DNA of 55,763 nucleotides, counting the filler, from Sphacelaria rigidula (taxonomy: Eukaryota), in NCBI GenBank assembly GCA_964200075.2. It is 5 parts of 5 records of this genome, joined end to end, with 100 filler letters (N's around TTAATTAATTAA, not from the genome) between each part and the next. Parts side by side here need not be neighbours in the genome. Positions count along the whole stretch, not along the records: positions 11,175 to 22,247 come from CAXNAA020005431.1; positions 22,348 to 33,419 come from CAXNAA020005432.1; 3 more parts are not named here. One strand, given 5' to 3'. Both the position numbers and the translations under genes were made by a program. Shown piece by piece: positions 11,281-24,260 of this stretch. Numbering within the stretch: position 1 is the stretch's first letter; each line of letters begins with the position of its first letter. The notes under the pieces are model-generated. The model had not been told where the DNA came from. It made no database searches and worked only from the letters and a program-made list of their open reading frames with translations.

Positions 11281-14200
11281 CTTTTGAAGGCCACGCCTTC
11301 CAGGAGCGCCATCCTGTGGTTACGCATCTCGTCGTTGGTTACCACACTCAACCGTGTCGCCCTGGCTCGTTCGCTACCATCATCGCCCTGTCCCGCTCGA
11401 CCCTTCGGCTCTTGTCCCGCTCTCCGGCCGCCGTCGCCAAAAACATCACCGCCCACCCTGGCAATCTCGTCGGACGTGCCGGCATCATCTGCACAGGGTT
11501 CACCACTTGTGACACCCCTAACAATTATGCCGTCGACACCAAGGGGGCTGTTACCAACGGTCGCATCGCCGTTGGCGGAATGCTTCTCGACGGCGCTATC
11601 CGCAGCCACGGTGAAATACATCCAGAATAGGTCATCTTCCGTCCCGGCGGCGCACCTGCGACACGTGTGAGGGAGATCGGAGCGAGGAACGAAAACAAAA
11701 ACAAGAGAAGGCGGTTCAGCAAACTAGGTCAAGCATACGCAGCAGGGTCTATTGATGCGGCGGGATCTTACAAGCAAGTGCTTGCTTGCTGAGCTTCGCG
11801 GCTTGAATTGGCAGCGGTAATCGATGCAGGCCACGACAATTTCCTTGCGTCCACCTCATACCGAGCTCCATGGGCGGAATTTTTCGAAACACATTCCCAA
11901 AGCGGAATGTCAAACGTTTCGAACCCGGGACAAACTAATACCGTACCAGTCGTACTTGCATGGCCCGAATTAGAACAGTTTTGTTATTCTACGCAGGTTC
12001 GCTAGATGTTAAGCCACAGTAAAGATATGCAAGCCCGGCTGGATTCCCGAGGCGCTTAATTCACCGCGTACTCCGTGGCGACCTGGCCGGCCGAAATACG
12101 TAGAGAAGAACCGTGATCCGCTACTACCCCGACGCCGCGTTGGTGACCGACACACGACCCGACGCCTTTCGGCACTTTCCTACACGGCATCCTTCGACGC
12201 GCCACATCGTACCTGTAGAGGATTCCCCGTTCCGCCCATGTTTCAATGACTCGCAGGGCCTGTGGACTCAATTTAGTCGGCGGGTTCTGCAGCCGGGCGC
12301 GGATGTACGGGTGGAAAAAAGGTGGGACCAGGCGGCAAAGGGCATGTATGAGTCATCGAACAGAGCACATCGCCTCCGCGCTCTTCCTGCGTTTCGTACC
12401 CTTTGACGGCGACGGCGCGGCCATGATTGACAACAGATTTGAGAATGCAAAAGTGCACCCCCTTGGATGCAGTTCGTTTGTTGCCCAAGGGTCCGAGCGG
12501 GATATTTTTCTTCACTCATCAGACTTCATGTGTCCGAACACCGTCACCACGTTGTCAACTGGTTTGGCTACGTAGCTACAGGTATCAGTTGAAAATGGAT
12601 AACTGGCGGCGAAGCCTTCCCGCGACTCCGCCAGCGTTGCCTGGCAAGGCAACGCGGCGGAGTCGCGTAAACGCCCCCCCTCCTCCCCCGGCTGATGAGG
12701 GGGCCTCGCCGGAGGCAAAATCATCAAGCAATTTGACTTCACATCAAGTCAAATCGCGGTAAATTCTAGCCGCCTAGCGCCAGCAATTCGAGCACGTAAT
12801 CGGTGCACAATACATATACACATATACAAATGTATAGGAAAAAAGGAGAAATCACCGAACTTTGCGTGAATTAAAAAACGAAGTGGTTAGACGGTAGTGC
12901 AGCATATATAGTGCTCCGGGTGTACCACCCAAGCGCCAGGAACTTCTTAAAGTAACCTTCCCTCCACAGAATATGTGTACTTCTGGAGGGCTTTGACACC
13001 TGCCATATTTTCAGGCGGTGCTCGCGCTCTTCGTCCTTTGTACTCTCTGCGGACGTTGTGTTGCTGAGATCGACGGGGACGGCACCGCTGCCTGATGTTC
13101 TGGGCCCTTCGATCTCTGACATGTCGTCATCGCTTCCTTCATCGCAGCTGCTGCTCATATTAGAACATCTTGTCTGCAATATTCGTGTCCACGTCCAGGT
13201 GTGTGCACTGTGTGGTCATGTGCTCGCCTCTGTACCAGGAGATGCACGGTCATCTTAGTACGACAATACTTCAGAAATATTGACGTGGGTATGACAAATA
13301 TGTACACAGAACGCTTTGGAGTATGACACATATGTCGGGCGAATTATCTGATTCTAAGTGATTACAAAACCTATCAGTTAACCAGTTGTGCCAGTCAACT
13401 GTAATTGGTCAGTCAAACTGGCAGCCAGGTCACAACACTAGCAAAGTGAGAGGTGTTTGGAGCGTGGTAGCACTAGTGTCTCGCAGTAGTACCTACCGAT
13501 TCGTGAGACGCAGGCATTGACATGGACGGCCGCAACAAACGCGTACGGTGGGCTGTATTTCAAGCACATGATAAATTGGTTGACCGATTGATTGATGGTT
13601 GATTGGTTTCGCTATAATTAACTGGCGCCCTGCGGATTCAGCCGCTGTCACAGGGTAGACATACCCGAGATAAATGGACGGAAAAACTCGCTCAAGTAAA
13701 CCCGAAAACGGGAAAGATGGGAGGGAACGAAAGAGGGAACGAGAGAGTAAAACGAAACATGAGAATGGGAGGGGGGCGGGGGGGCGGGGGGGGGCGTACT
13801 CATTTGTTGCTTGCCTTAGTCGGGAGGCGGGGGGATGAAAAAGAAAGGAAGAGAGGGAAAGAAGAAAACGCTAGGGGCAGATTTTAGTGTCGGTCCCGAG
13901 AGAAAATCCCCTCGACAGATCCCTGCCGCACGGCTCAGGTGAGGAAACCGACCAGAACCAAAACATCACCAAACGAAGCGAACAAGGAGAGGAAAGAAAA
14001 GAAACAACGCGAGGGCGAAAAAAACGGAGTAACAAAGAAAGGGAATAAGAGAGGGAGAGGGCAGGAGGAAGGAAGTGGAAGATATGGGCAGTATAAGTAG
14101 GAAGATACCAACCGTTGTTACGGTAGTAGACAGAAAGTGGGGTTCGCGTCGCCGTCGAGAGAGGGGCCTGCCGAGCATGAAAAAAGTACATGTTTCGAAC

Positions 14201-17200
14201 ACATGTCGCGTGTACACTATTTTGGTCTTGGTATGGACTCCCCCGGCTGGAACGGTACGCTTCGCTGTGGATGGTGACAATAATTCACACCTTGGACAAT
14301 ATATGGTCGATAGATGCAATAGACAAGAAACTTACTGCATGAAGTATAGGCCTATTGCGACTATTGTCGACCGGCAATAGTTGCAATAGGCCTATACTTC
14401 ATGCAGTACACTTCTCCTCTATTGCATCTATTGGCCATATATTGTCCAGAGTGTGCAATAATTTCATAAACGATACATCAAGATGCGGATCGCTGTTCCG
14501 ATATGCAAAAGGCGTGGGCCGCGCCGCCTCGAGAAGGCTCACTTTTGGAGACGACAAAATGCATACCTCAACATGCTGTCACCCTTTGTACGCTATTTTG
14601 ATGTGAAGAATGGATGCACAATGCTATGCGTACTCTAAGCCATGCTTCATGACCACACGCAAGCGACGGAACGTCGGGATGGGTCATTGAATCAGAGACA
14701 ACAATTGGACTCGACGTACACTTTCCGCTGCGTGCTTCCCCCCCCCCCCCCATGCATGATCATGAGTACACGCCAAACTATCGGTAGCACGGCATCAATG
14801 TAGACCTCACGAGAAGGAAGAACACAGCAAAACGCTCGGGGTTAGAGTCAGCAGCGAAGCCGCGGCGTTTGCTCAAAGTGGCATTCGATCGGTATGCGCG
14901 GCGCTGGGTGAGAGAGTACGAAGAAGACGGACACGTTCACATAGCAAGAGGAGAAAAACTCGATCCCATCAAATCGCCCTTCGAGAGATCTACCTGCTGC
15001 TGGACAGCCTTCGAGCTGAGCTCACCTTAACCCCCTTGCAGCGGGAGGTATTGACCAAAACCTCCCTTAGATAATGAGAGGGCAATACAACGAGCACGCG
15101 CTCGCCCTCGGCCTCCAAATTCTTCACTACTCCATCCACCTATATATAGCAAAACCAGGAAATGCAAGGTGGTTCAGAATCGGAGTGGGGTCGCCAGGGA
15201 CGCGGGGGGAGCGGAAAGGGGGTTATGGCGCTCTCCCCTACAGTATTGAAGGAGTGCCCGTAGTAGCCCTTGTTCTTCGCGGTGTAGGGTTTTGGCAAGC
15301 GCGCACGGTGAGCGTGTTGGCCAGGTCGGATGGCTTGGGGATGCCTTGGTGTGTGGTATCCTCAACATCAAAATAAGGGCACTCTGTTCACGGGTGAGGG
15401 CGACCATCACGGTGTGGATTTGTGTACTTGACGACATACACAGTGGGGTCAGGTGCCCTACCGTAAAGTTTGAACAGGAACAGTTCATATCATTTTCCCC
15501 GTCACGCCGGTCTCCTCTCTCGCCTCACCTGCAGGACCTGGAAATGCCCCGCCTTGACGTTCTGCCCGAAGTAAGCCACGTTACACGCGTCTACGACCGT
15601 CGTGAACCCTCCAGATGGCTGAGAAGGCGACAAGCACGACACAGCGACTCGTTAGAGGCGGAGCAGACGGCCATAGGAACCTAGATCGGGCGGCATTGAC
15701 GTTACCTGCACAGCGGCCATGCACCCACCAACCAGCGCAAGCGACCACACACACACTCGACTACGCACACGCAAGAATATACGGCGTATGGCGAAAATCA
15801 ACACCTGCGATGCATGAACTCGCGCGGGGATCATGCCGCATCAAAATAGACATCAGCCTCGACAGTCTACCAAGGCGCAGACAGTCGAAGGGTGTGGCGA
15901 CGCTGCATATTTGAACGGTTTCGAGACCAAAGCGGGGGAGACCCCGTTCAGGAATAGGTTGACCCGCACAGGATTTGCCCCTTCAGTGACCCATGTCCGC
16001 TTACAACACACTCTAGGGGAGTACGGGGAACTTGAGCATGCCTGTTCGGGTCGATGGTTCACCAATTACCGATAGAGGACGTACCCATCGAGCTCCAAGG
16101 GGCCTCCCTGACTGGGATCATACCAACTAGTCAGTGCAAAATCAGTGTCGCCGACCGCTCGAGCACACAAGTTAGGATATACATCTGTTCGAAATTATAG
16201 GCGTTGAATACCTAGATCCTGGGTAGTCTTTTATGGTGCCAGCACCGACAAGCGCTCTTCCCCTCTGCGAACTCTGAAGCAGATGCGACACTCAGCCTAG
16301 CCTGACGATATTTTCACAATTGTACCGCACTCTAGTCTACTGTGGAAAGAAGCAAAAACATCACGGAAGTCAGACCGCACGGTAGCAACCAGTGCAACAC
16401 AGGGCAGCTATCTACCTACCACAGAGCAGCAAAATACTTGAATATGATGGCCTTTGGTGATTGTGTGCTGCATCTATCAGACGTCTTGGGCGTGGAATAT
16501 CTTGGAGGGGATTGTTCTACAATGTGAAACAAAGTATCATCGCACAGCATATGAGTCGAGAACGGCCTGGGGATTAGTTGCCAAGCTCTACACTAAATCC
16601 AAGGCAAACACATCCCAAAACGTGGCGGGATAGAGTCTCAAGCCTCGCTAAGTAGTAGTAGTAGTGGCATCAGTTATTATTACATATGTATACGCGGCCT
16701 TTGGCTGATGGTGGTTCCGAGGTACTAGTGCTTAAAGAGTTCGCGTCGACAGTCGCCATCATCCTCTAACGGCCACCTGCCAGCAAGCCCGCTGAACGCT
16801 GGACAACCGTTGTTCCCAAAACATCAAATCTACGTCGTTCAGTCGACTAACAACAGCCTACAGGAACGAATACGACATAGGTCTTGCGATGTCTCAACAG
16901 AGCGCAATGCGGTTCTCGAAATGTTTTCACCTCTCGTCGTCGTTCTTCGAGCCACCTTGCAAAGTGCTCCAGGTCTCCACTAGGCGCCGACGGTACCACT
17001 AGCCGCCCCAATGATTTTGATAGTCTACTACTCTCCTTCGCTTTCCCCAGGTTGCTCCCTCCCCCTTCCTGCGCGTCTGCGTTACCTCGATCGTCCACCT
17101 TCTCGACCAAATCAGCCGCAGCAGGCATTCGGCCATTCATACCCTCGTTAGCTAGATTCTTCAGCGCAGAGCACACACGCAGGCGCTCATCGGTCGACAG

Positions 17201-20200
17201 TCCCACAGCCTTTAGCTGGCCTCCGCAGCAATCGCAAGAGGCGCCAGGGGCTCCAACACGAGGAATTGCGGATGCTATACGTGCGACCGCCGCATCCGGG
17301 GTGACGCCGGGGTTCGAGTTGTTGTTGAAGGCCTGCAGAAGGATATCTAGATATGGAATGGTGGTGCTGGTGCTGTCGAGGACTTATTTCCATTGGAATG
17401 CGAGCGTAGGATCGTTTTTAGAGGGAGCAGAGGGTTAACGGGAAGGTTGGTTGGACCGGGGGTTGTTTTTTTTTCGACTCGGCGAAGTGGGTGGGTTGTG
17501 GCAGCAGAAGCAAATACCGTACGGGCGCGTGAAATGTGAAACATGCGGCCAACATCAACGTCTGAAGAAATAGTAGGGGGGAGAAGTAATTTAAGCTACT
17601 GTATGCCCTTGTTTTCCACGGCATGTATCATGCCGGTGCCTGGTCCGCTGGGAAAATGTCAACAGGAAATGCGAAGGCTCCACTCGAACGACGTTGTGCT
17701 GTAGGCCGTGAAAGGTCCTTATGAAGGAAAACGATTTACGTCAGAGTATACTTGTGTGTGTGTGCATGTAGTCGGCGAAACTGTCGATATCAATCAGCAT
17801 CGCACATCAGAGACGTCAAGCACTTAATATAGCCGGTCTTGTGAGTTGATGATACCCGCAGTGAGACGCAATTGGATGTGGACTCACCAAAATACCGTAT
17901 CACTACAATCGAAAATGATGACAGTCCAGCGGTTGGTGCTATACCGACTACAGATACATCTAACGAACCCTCTTTGGCGTCAACAAGGACGCTAAAAAAC
18001 TGTACCAGGAGTGTCGCTGTTGCGCCGTGTGGCAACGCGCCCGGACGGAGCCAACAGCTCCGACAAAATTGTAAGTGTCTGTCCTCGAAGCGTCAACTAC
18101 ACACACCGTACCTGGCTCGACAGCATCGACGGGGCACAGTTCGAAGCCGGAGTCGCATAGCTCCTGCAAAAACCGTTCCACAGAGCCGTCTCTCACGCGG
18201 TCCCATAGCTCCCCCGACTGAGCCCAGCCCTGTATCATCAGCAGGTATTCTTCCTCTAGTGGCTGCACGCCCTGCTCTCTCATATGTGACCAAACTTTCA
18301 CCGCCATCGACATGTCCGCCTGCGGTAACACGAAGCAGCCTCGTTATCGTGACATCGATCCATGACACGATGCACGTCTATTATTGCGCAAAGCTGGTTG
18401 CACAAACATGAGGATGGGAATTCCAGAATCGCCCGAGTTACTGTAAGTCAGGGTACCGACGAATACCGAAAGGGTCGTTTTCAAGTGGGGCAATTGTAAG
18501 TCAAGCCACATCGGAGCGAAAGTGCCCGCTCGATATTTTAGTCAAACTTTGAACAAAGCAGTTTCGCTTGGGAGCGATCTTTCCAGGTTTTTCGGGTACC
18601 ACGACTCATGGCGTTTTATGTTCGATCCCAAACTTCGGGAATCGAGAGACATGAGTATCCCACACAAGTTGGGAGAAAAAATATGAATACGACCAATTTT
18701 GAGCGAGCTACGGATTCAAAGGTCTTCGGGGGTCCTACGAGTGTACAGCTTCCGGTCCTCGCTCTTTGATATTTTTGCTAGACCAAACCGATCCGGATCG
18801 TTATTATGAACAGTTCTATGCCTTCAGTTTTTCTATACGTTACAACCGGAAAGCCGTATATTTGAGCCATATGCGGTCCATAACCCTCCCTCGACAAACG
18901 GGGTTTTACTCCGTATCATTCCGACAACACAAAATCATAAATGTTTCCGGAGCATGACCTACTTCTGTTTCCAACGCCTACTGGCCGTCAAATTCTCGAG
19001 TGAAGGTGGCGAATCGTTTATGCAAAAATCCCGAATGAGAGAATACCACATTTCAAGTTTGAATACTGTACTACTGATGGTGCTCCAGCGAATAGGAAGG
19101 GGCCTTTGCCCGACGCAAGGTACCCGCATTCTTGTGTCACGAACCTACCGCCGACAGTTTTGAATTCATGTCAAAACAGCAGCACTCGCCTTATCACACA
19201 GGCCGTGCAGGAGAGGTGTGTAGGACCTCAATCGCGGTGTCACCCCTCTGCGAACCATGTCATGCAATATAGAAAACGCTTCGTCGAAGGCATCCCTTCC
19301 GGCAGCCTCGTGCAGGAGAAAAACATAATTGTTTTCTTTAGGTGTGAATCCCGCCTTCTCCATATCGGAGAGCACGCGTTTGCCGTCGGACACCTGCGCA
19401 CGGCATCACGCAAGCGGCATGTATAGCATAGGCACACCAAACGCTGGAAGTTACCATGATCCCAAGGCTTGACTCGCAACGCTCATTTCTGGAGAGAAGA
19501 GATGATAGCCCTTAACTTGCGACAGGCATAGTGTGCTTGCTGAATAACTACGCGTACCGTCCGGATAACCTAATTGGTACCGTCACAACAAGCACCGTGA
19601 ACCCCCTGGCCGCGAGACCCCCGTAAAATGCCTGATGTGATATTGTCTACTTGGAAATGCCTATATGCACAAGCAGAAGGATACTCGAGTACCGTACGGA
19701 TTTCAGTGAACGAAAACCCAAGTCACTCTGTGGCCGTTAGCAGCCGAAATCAACGCGCATACCCTCTTGTGTCACCATTTCATCAGATTCATGTGCTGCA
19801 AGTGGGGTACGGTAGCTGTCACATTTGTTCGGATATATGCGATCAGCATGCTCTCTGGCTATATTCGGGCAATCCTGGTTATCAACGGGCGGTGCCGGCA
19901 CACGACGTGCATGTTTCGGTGTTGAAGCGGATGTCTCGTCGTTTCAACTGTGCTGCGTTGTACTATCTCGTGCAATAGACAGTTGCTGTTTTACAACATG
20001 AACTACAGGTTATACACTCTCCACTGATACAGTCCACACTGGTTCTGCTGCCAAGCTGCACTCGTGGATATACCGACTGTAGTCTCTTCGCAAGGACTAG
20101 GTGAAAGGTGGCGACAACTGCGCAACAGCAGTGTTCATTGGACGCGTGAATAGCCTACTGTTCGTTAGAAAACGGCGGAAAACGGCCTCGCGGCGAGATA

Positions 20201-21407
20201 CTCGTACACAAGTGACAGCATAGTGGTACCCACCCTGGCGGCACCTTGGCAAGCATAGCGGCAATGTCCTCCGCAAGGTCTTACTTGGTCGCTGAACCGG
20301 AAACACGAGCGGGGACATTTTTGACAATGCCACCTGGTTTCGCGAACCGCACCCACTTTCGCGGGAAAGCACGGTTGAAAAAGCACACACATTCAGTGTA
20401 CCTTGTCAGGCTTCAACGGATCTCGGGACATCAAGTAGGGTTCTCTCGACACGGGTTCGGGGCACGTCCGGCAAATTGCACAGGGAAAAAGGCAAAAGTT
20501 CAGCCCATTTTCGATTTTTTACGGGGATCACTCCCACTGCTTTCAAGGCCGTTTCATGGGCCTCCGAACATGAACTGCTCCCTCGAGAGGGCTTTGTGCC
20601 GCCCAATCATTTCCTCACAGGGCTGGCAGCGGAACTACTGTTCCGAGAAAGGGACTAGGAACCAGAGGGCCAATTTTGAATTTCAGGTGTTGAGGTACGG
20701 CGAGTCGAAGGACACATGATCAACCGATCCTCGAGAAAACGCCTGCAACGTGAATGCCACCCAATGGGACGCGTAAACAGCGACCTCTGCCTGCAGAGGT
20801 ACAACGCGATTTTCAGCAGGCTTGTCGCAGTCACGTGGCAACAGCAGAGCTGGTGTCCTTGACAGGAAGATACTACAGTATTCAGTATTGCGGATCTACC
20901 CACCGTTGCCCCATCCGCGCACAAGCTCAATACCGCGCTGTACACGTGCTCACTGAGCGGACAGCCCAATTCCTCCGCCGCATCATACAGCAGCAGGGCT
21001 CCAGCTGTATCCCTGGCTTTGATAAATTTCACCATGCGATGCATGAAAGCTCTGTGCCGAGCCTTCGGTGCATCCGGGAGACCCTCAACCCATGGTCTGT
21101 CTGGATACTGTGCTCGCGCTCGGCCGACGTTAGGATCATGGTGATCATCAGAGCACGATGCCATCGGCCATTCAGAAGACGGTTTCAAACGCCGTTTCGT
21201 GGATCGAACTACTGAAGATAATGCAAGAGTATGGCTTCTGAAGTGTGGGCGATGGCTGACACTGCCAGGTAGTCTGTGTGGACGTTGCGGTAGAGCAGCA
21301 CTGCCTTGGCATTCGCTGAGCAACAGCAGGGCTGTCAGACAGGCCGCTTTCGTACTTACTGTTGTGCTGACGCAACAACGTACTTGCTGTCGAGATCGCC
21401 GTGGCAT
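11281..21407 (-). CDS. PRORP: Proteinaceous RNase P (PPR + Zn-binding + NYN metallonuclease), multi-exon, 3' end missing
   Basis: Exons: ~21407-20904 (signal-like N-terminus, PPR); 19393-19190 (PPR, PRLRSYTPLL); 18319-18112 (PPR); 17332-16931 (CDCCGGQL...FARWLE); 15618-15529 (VVDACNVAYFGQN); 15139-15026 (VLVVLP); 12286-12213 (WAERGILYR); 11655-11281 (EDDLFWMY...VVTNDEMRNH). These are the ordered PRORP motifs. Additional small exons near 20.3, 19.8 and 17.9 kb are uncertain. Confidence 0.9.
14286..14455. mobile_element. 170-bp hairpin MITE with 8-bp TSD, in a PRORP intron
   Basis: Near-perfect palindrome CACAC...GTGTG flanked by the direct repeat CAATAATT at 14278-14285 and 14456-14463. Confidence 0.88.
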
Positions 21408-22247
21408 TTGCTGTCAGACACTCTTGCTTTCCCAGGTTCGGGTATGCACGGCACCCTTTCCTAGTTCATTAAGCGTGCATGTGGAGCACGAGACGGCACA
21501 GAGGTGCGGTGTCGCGGGAACGCCCCTTCCGTTGTTTAAATATGCGAGTTTTGACCAGCTCGATTATTTGGACCCGCGATCATAAGCACGAAGAGGGGAA
21601 CGAACAAAAAATATGCACACACAAAACCGCTGTGACGGCAGAGAATTACCTGCTCAATCAGAACTTCACCATGTTGCGGGAGAACAGAGGTCTACTCATC
21701 AAATGGTCCGAAACAATGGTTGGTACTACAAATTGGGTGCCGGCAATCCTCACCCTAACCCCGACCAAGGAAAGAAAAAAGAACTGGCGGGCACTTGGGG
21801 CGCAGAGGGTGTCCGGTGTCTGGGGTAAAGTGTGCGTTGGCCGACCTCCAATCGGCGCCGAGCCAGGAGAATGCACCTGGGATTGCCGGCTCCTCTAAAG
21901 ATCCGAACATTGGTGTTGTCACTAAAATCAAGTTACAACTATACTACTGTTGTTTCCGACCATTTGGCAATATCCATTGAGGGTTGAGGGAACACATACA
22001 TGATGTTGAAATGTATTAATCTGAGGAAGTGTCATTTATTTGACATTTTGTTGGCGAGATCCACACAGGCAACAGAAGAAATTAGTAATACCCGTTTCAA
22101 TGAGGGTGCACGAAGAGATAATACTGCTAATGACGGGATCCCAACTGTCTGTCCCATGAAGTTCTAAAAACACTGTTGGGCTTCTGTCATTACACTTTTA
22201 TTTAGAACAGTATTTTCGTGAGATTGAGAGTAGATGATACGATTGAG

Positions 22248-22347
22248 NNNNNNNNNNNNNNNNNNNNNNNNNNNNNNNNNNNNNNNNNNNNTTAATTAAT
22301 TAANNNNNNNNNNNNNNNNNNNNNNNNNNNNNNNNNNNNNNNNNNNN
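22248..22347. other. Artificial 100-nt contig linker
   Basis: Same N44-TTAATTAATTAA-N44 structure. Confidence 0.98.
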
Positions 22348-22489
22348 CCCGTCGAAAAGACCCTCCCCACGCCGTACCGACAAGACCGGTCATGGCCTTC
22401 GTCGGAGGACGGGGAACGGCGTAAGGCCCATAATATAAACCTATAGTATAGAGATATATAACATAGACCTGTATTACATGACATAAAAT

Positions 22490-22875
22490 ATTTTTAAAAA
22501 GTATATGACATATACTATATGAAATATCATGTATGAAATATCATATATGAAATATATTATATGAAATATATTATATGAAATATAATATTTGGAATATAAC
22601 ATATGAAATGTAATATATAAAATATATTATATGAGATATAAAATATGAAAAATAACATATGAAATATCATATATGAAATATATTATATGAAATATCATAT
22701 GTAAAAATACATTATATGATATGAAATATAGGACATATAATCAATTATACGTAACATATGATATATAATGTATGAAATATAGAAAATGAAATACAACATA
22801 TGAAATGCAACATATGAAATATAGTATATGAAATATACTATAAGAAATATCATATATTGAGTACAATATATATAG
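22490..22875. repeat. AT-rich degenerate tandem repeat (ATATGAAATAT-type)
   Basis: Repeated atatgaaatat/atatcat units. Confidence 0.85.
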
Positions 22876-23049
22876 GGATCTTTACTATCTACGGCAGCTG
22901 ACCGTATCCGCCAACGCTTCGGCACGAAACCAGGGGACACATCGCTGGGCGTCCCCTCCCCCTCTAACCCTCCCCTCCCCCCCCCTCCCCTCAAAAACTC
23001 GAATTTTCGATCTTGGGGCCTATGTGTCCTGATTTGTTTTCACTGCCCC

Positions 23050-24065
23050 CTGGAACTACGCATGTTTTTCCTGGGTGAGCTACGAGAGCTACATGAGCTA
23101 CGCACTTTTGCCCTACGTGAGCTACCAACCCGTAGTAGCTCATCAGCTCATATTCGCCCTGGGTGAGCTATGGGAGCTCCATGAGCTACGCATGTTCGCT
23201 CTGGATGAGCTACCAACCCGTAGCCCATCAGCTTATATTGGTCCTGGGTTAGCTATGAGAGCTGATGAGCTACGCATGTTTGCCCCGGATGAGTTACCAT
23301 CTTGTAGCTCATCAGCTCATGTTCGCCACAGGTGAGCTATAAGAGCTGCAGGAGCTACGCACGTTTGTCCTCGATGGGCTACGCGAGATGCATGAGCTAC
23401 ATACACATGTTTGCTCAGGATGAGCTATGAAAGATACATGAGCTACACATGTTTGCCCCGGGTGAGCTACCGGACGTGGCTCATCCGCACATGTTTCCCC
23501 TGGATGAGCTATGAGAGCTACATGAGCAACGCATGATTGCCCTGGCTGAGCTAAAGAGCTGCGGGAGCTACGCCGATCTTGGGCTTGTTTCTGTTCCGAT
23601 GCTCATGCACGTTGATTTTGTACGTATGTGACGACCGTTAGATGTGGACACACCTGTGTTCCGTTTCGTGTAGCGATGGATTTTGCTTCTTGTAAACATC
23701 AACATGGTTGTATCAGAAGTCATCCACACCATAGCCACTACACACGCACAAACCCAATGCGCCCTGCGTGGCTTTCGCGGGGGGCAGCAGCTCTAGCGGC
23801 GCTTCAGTCGAAGATGAACGAGGATTTGTGTTGACTTATTTTCTTCCTATCGCGAAGAGTGAGATAAAACACCACAAGCCCATGATATGTGACACCGTCC
23901 GTTCGAACAAGAATGTAACATCAGAAGCGACACCGGGTTGGCCAGCGGCGAGCTAGGCACATGATATGAGTGAGCTACGAGCATGTGTCCCTGGGGTGTG
24001 CTACCGGGCTTAGCTCATCCTCTCATGTTTTGCCCGGGTGAGCTATAAGAGCTGCGTGAGCTATA
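23050..24065. repeat. Degenerate minisatellite of GAGCTAC / catgtttgccc.ggatgagcta units, interrupted at ~23575-23950
   Basis: Many tgagcta(c/t) and agctcat motifs in both orientations. Confidence 0.75.
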
Positions 24066-24260
24066 CATAACAGTGGATGCTGGAATATGGGATCGATCTA
24101 AACAAATGAGGTTCAAGTGGCAAATGTTCTTTGCAGGAATGACGCGAAACAGTTACACAGAGCAAAACGATCTTCCCCCCCATAACTCTGCAGCAGTGGA
24201 GTAGTTGTGGCCAGGTGTCCCGAACGAATGCAGTGTAATCGTGTGTCGATGACGATATCG

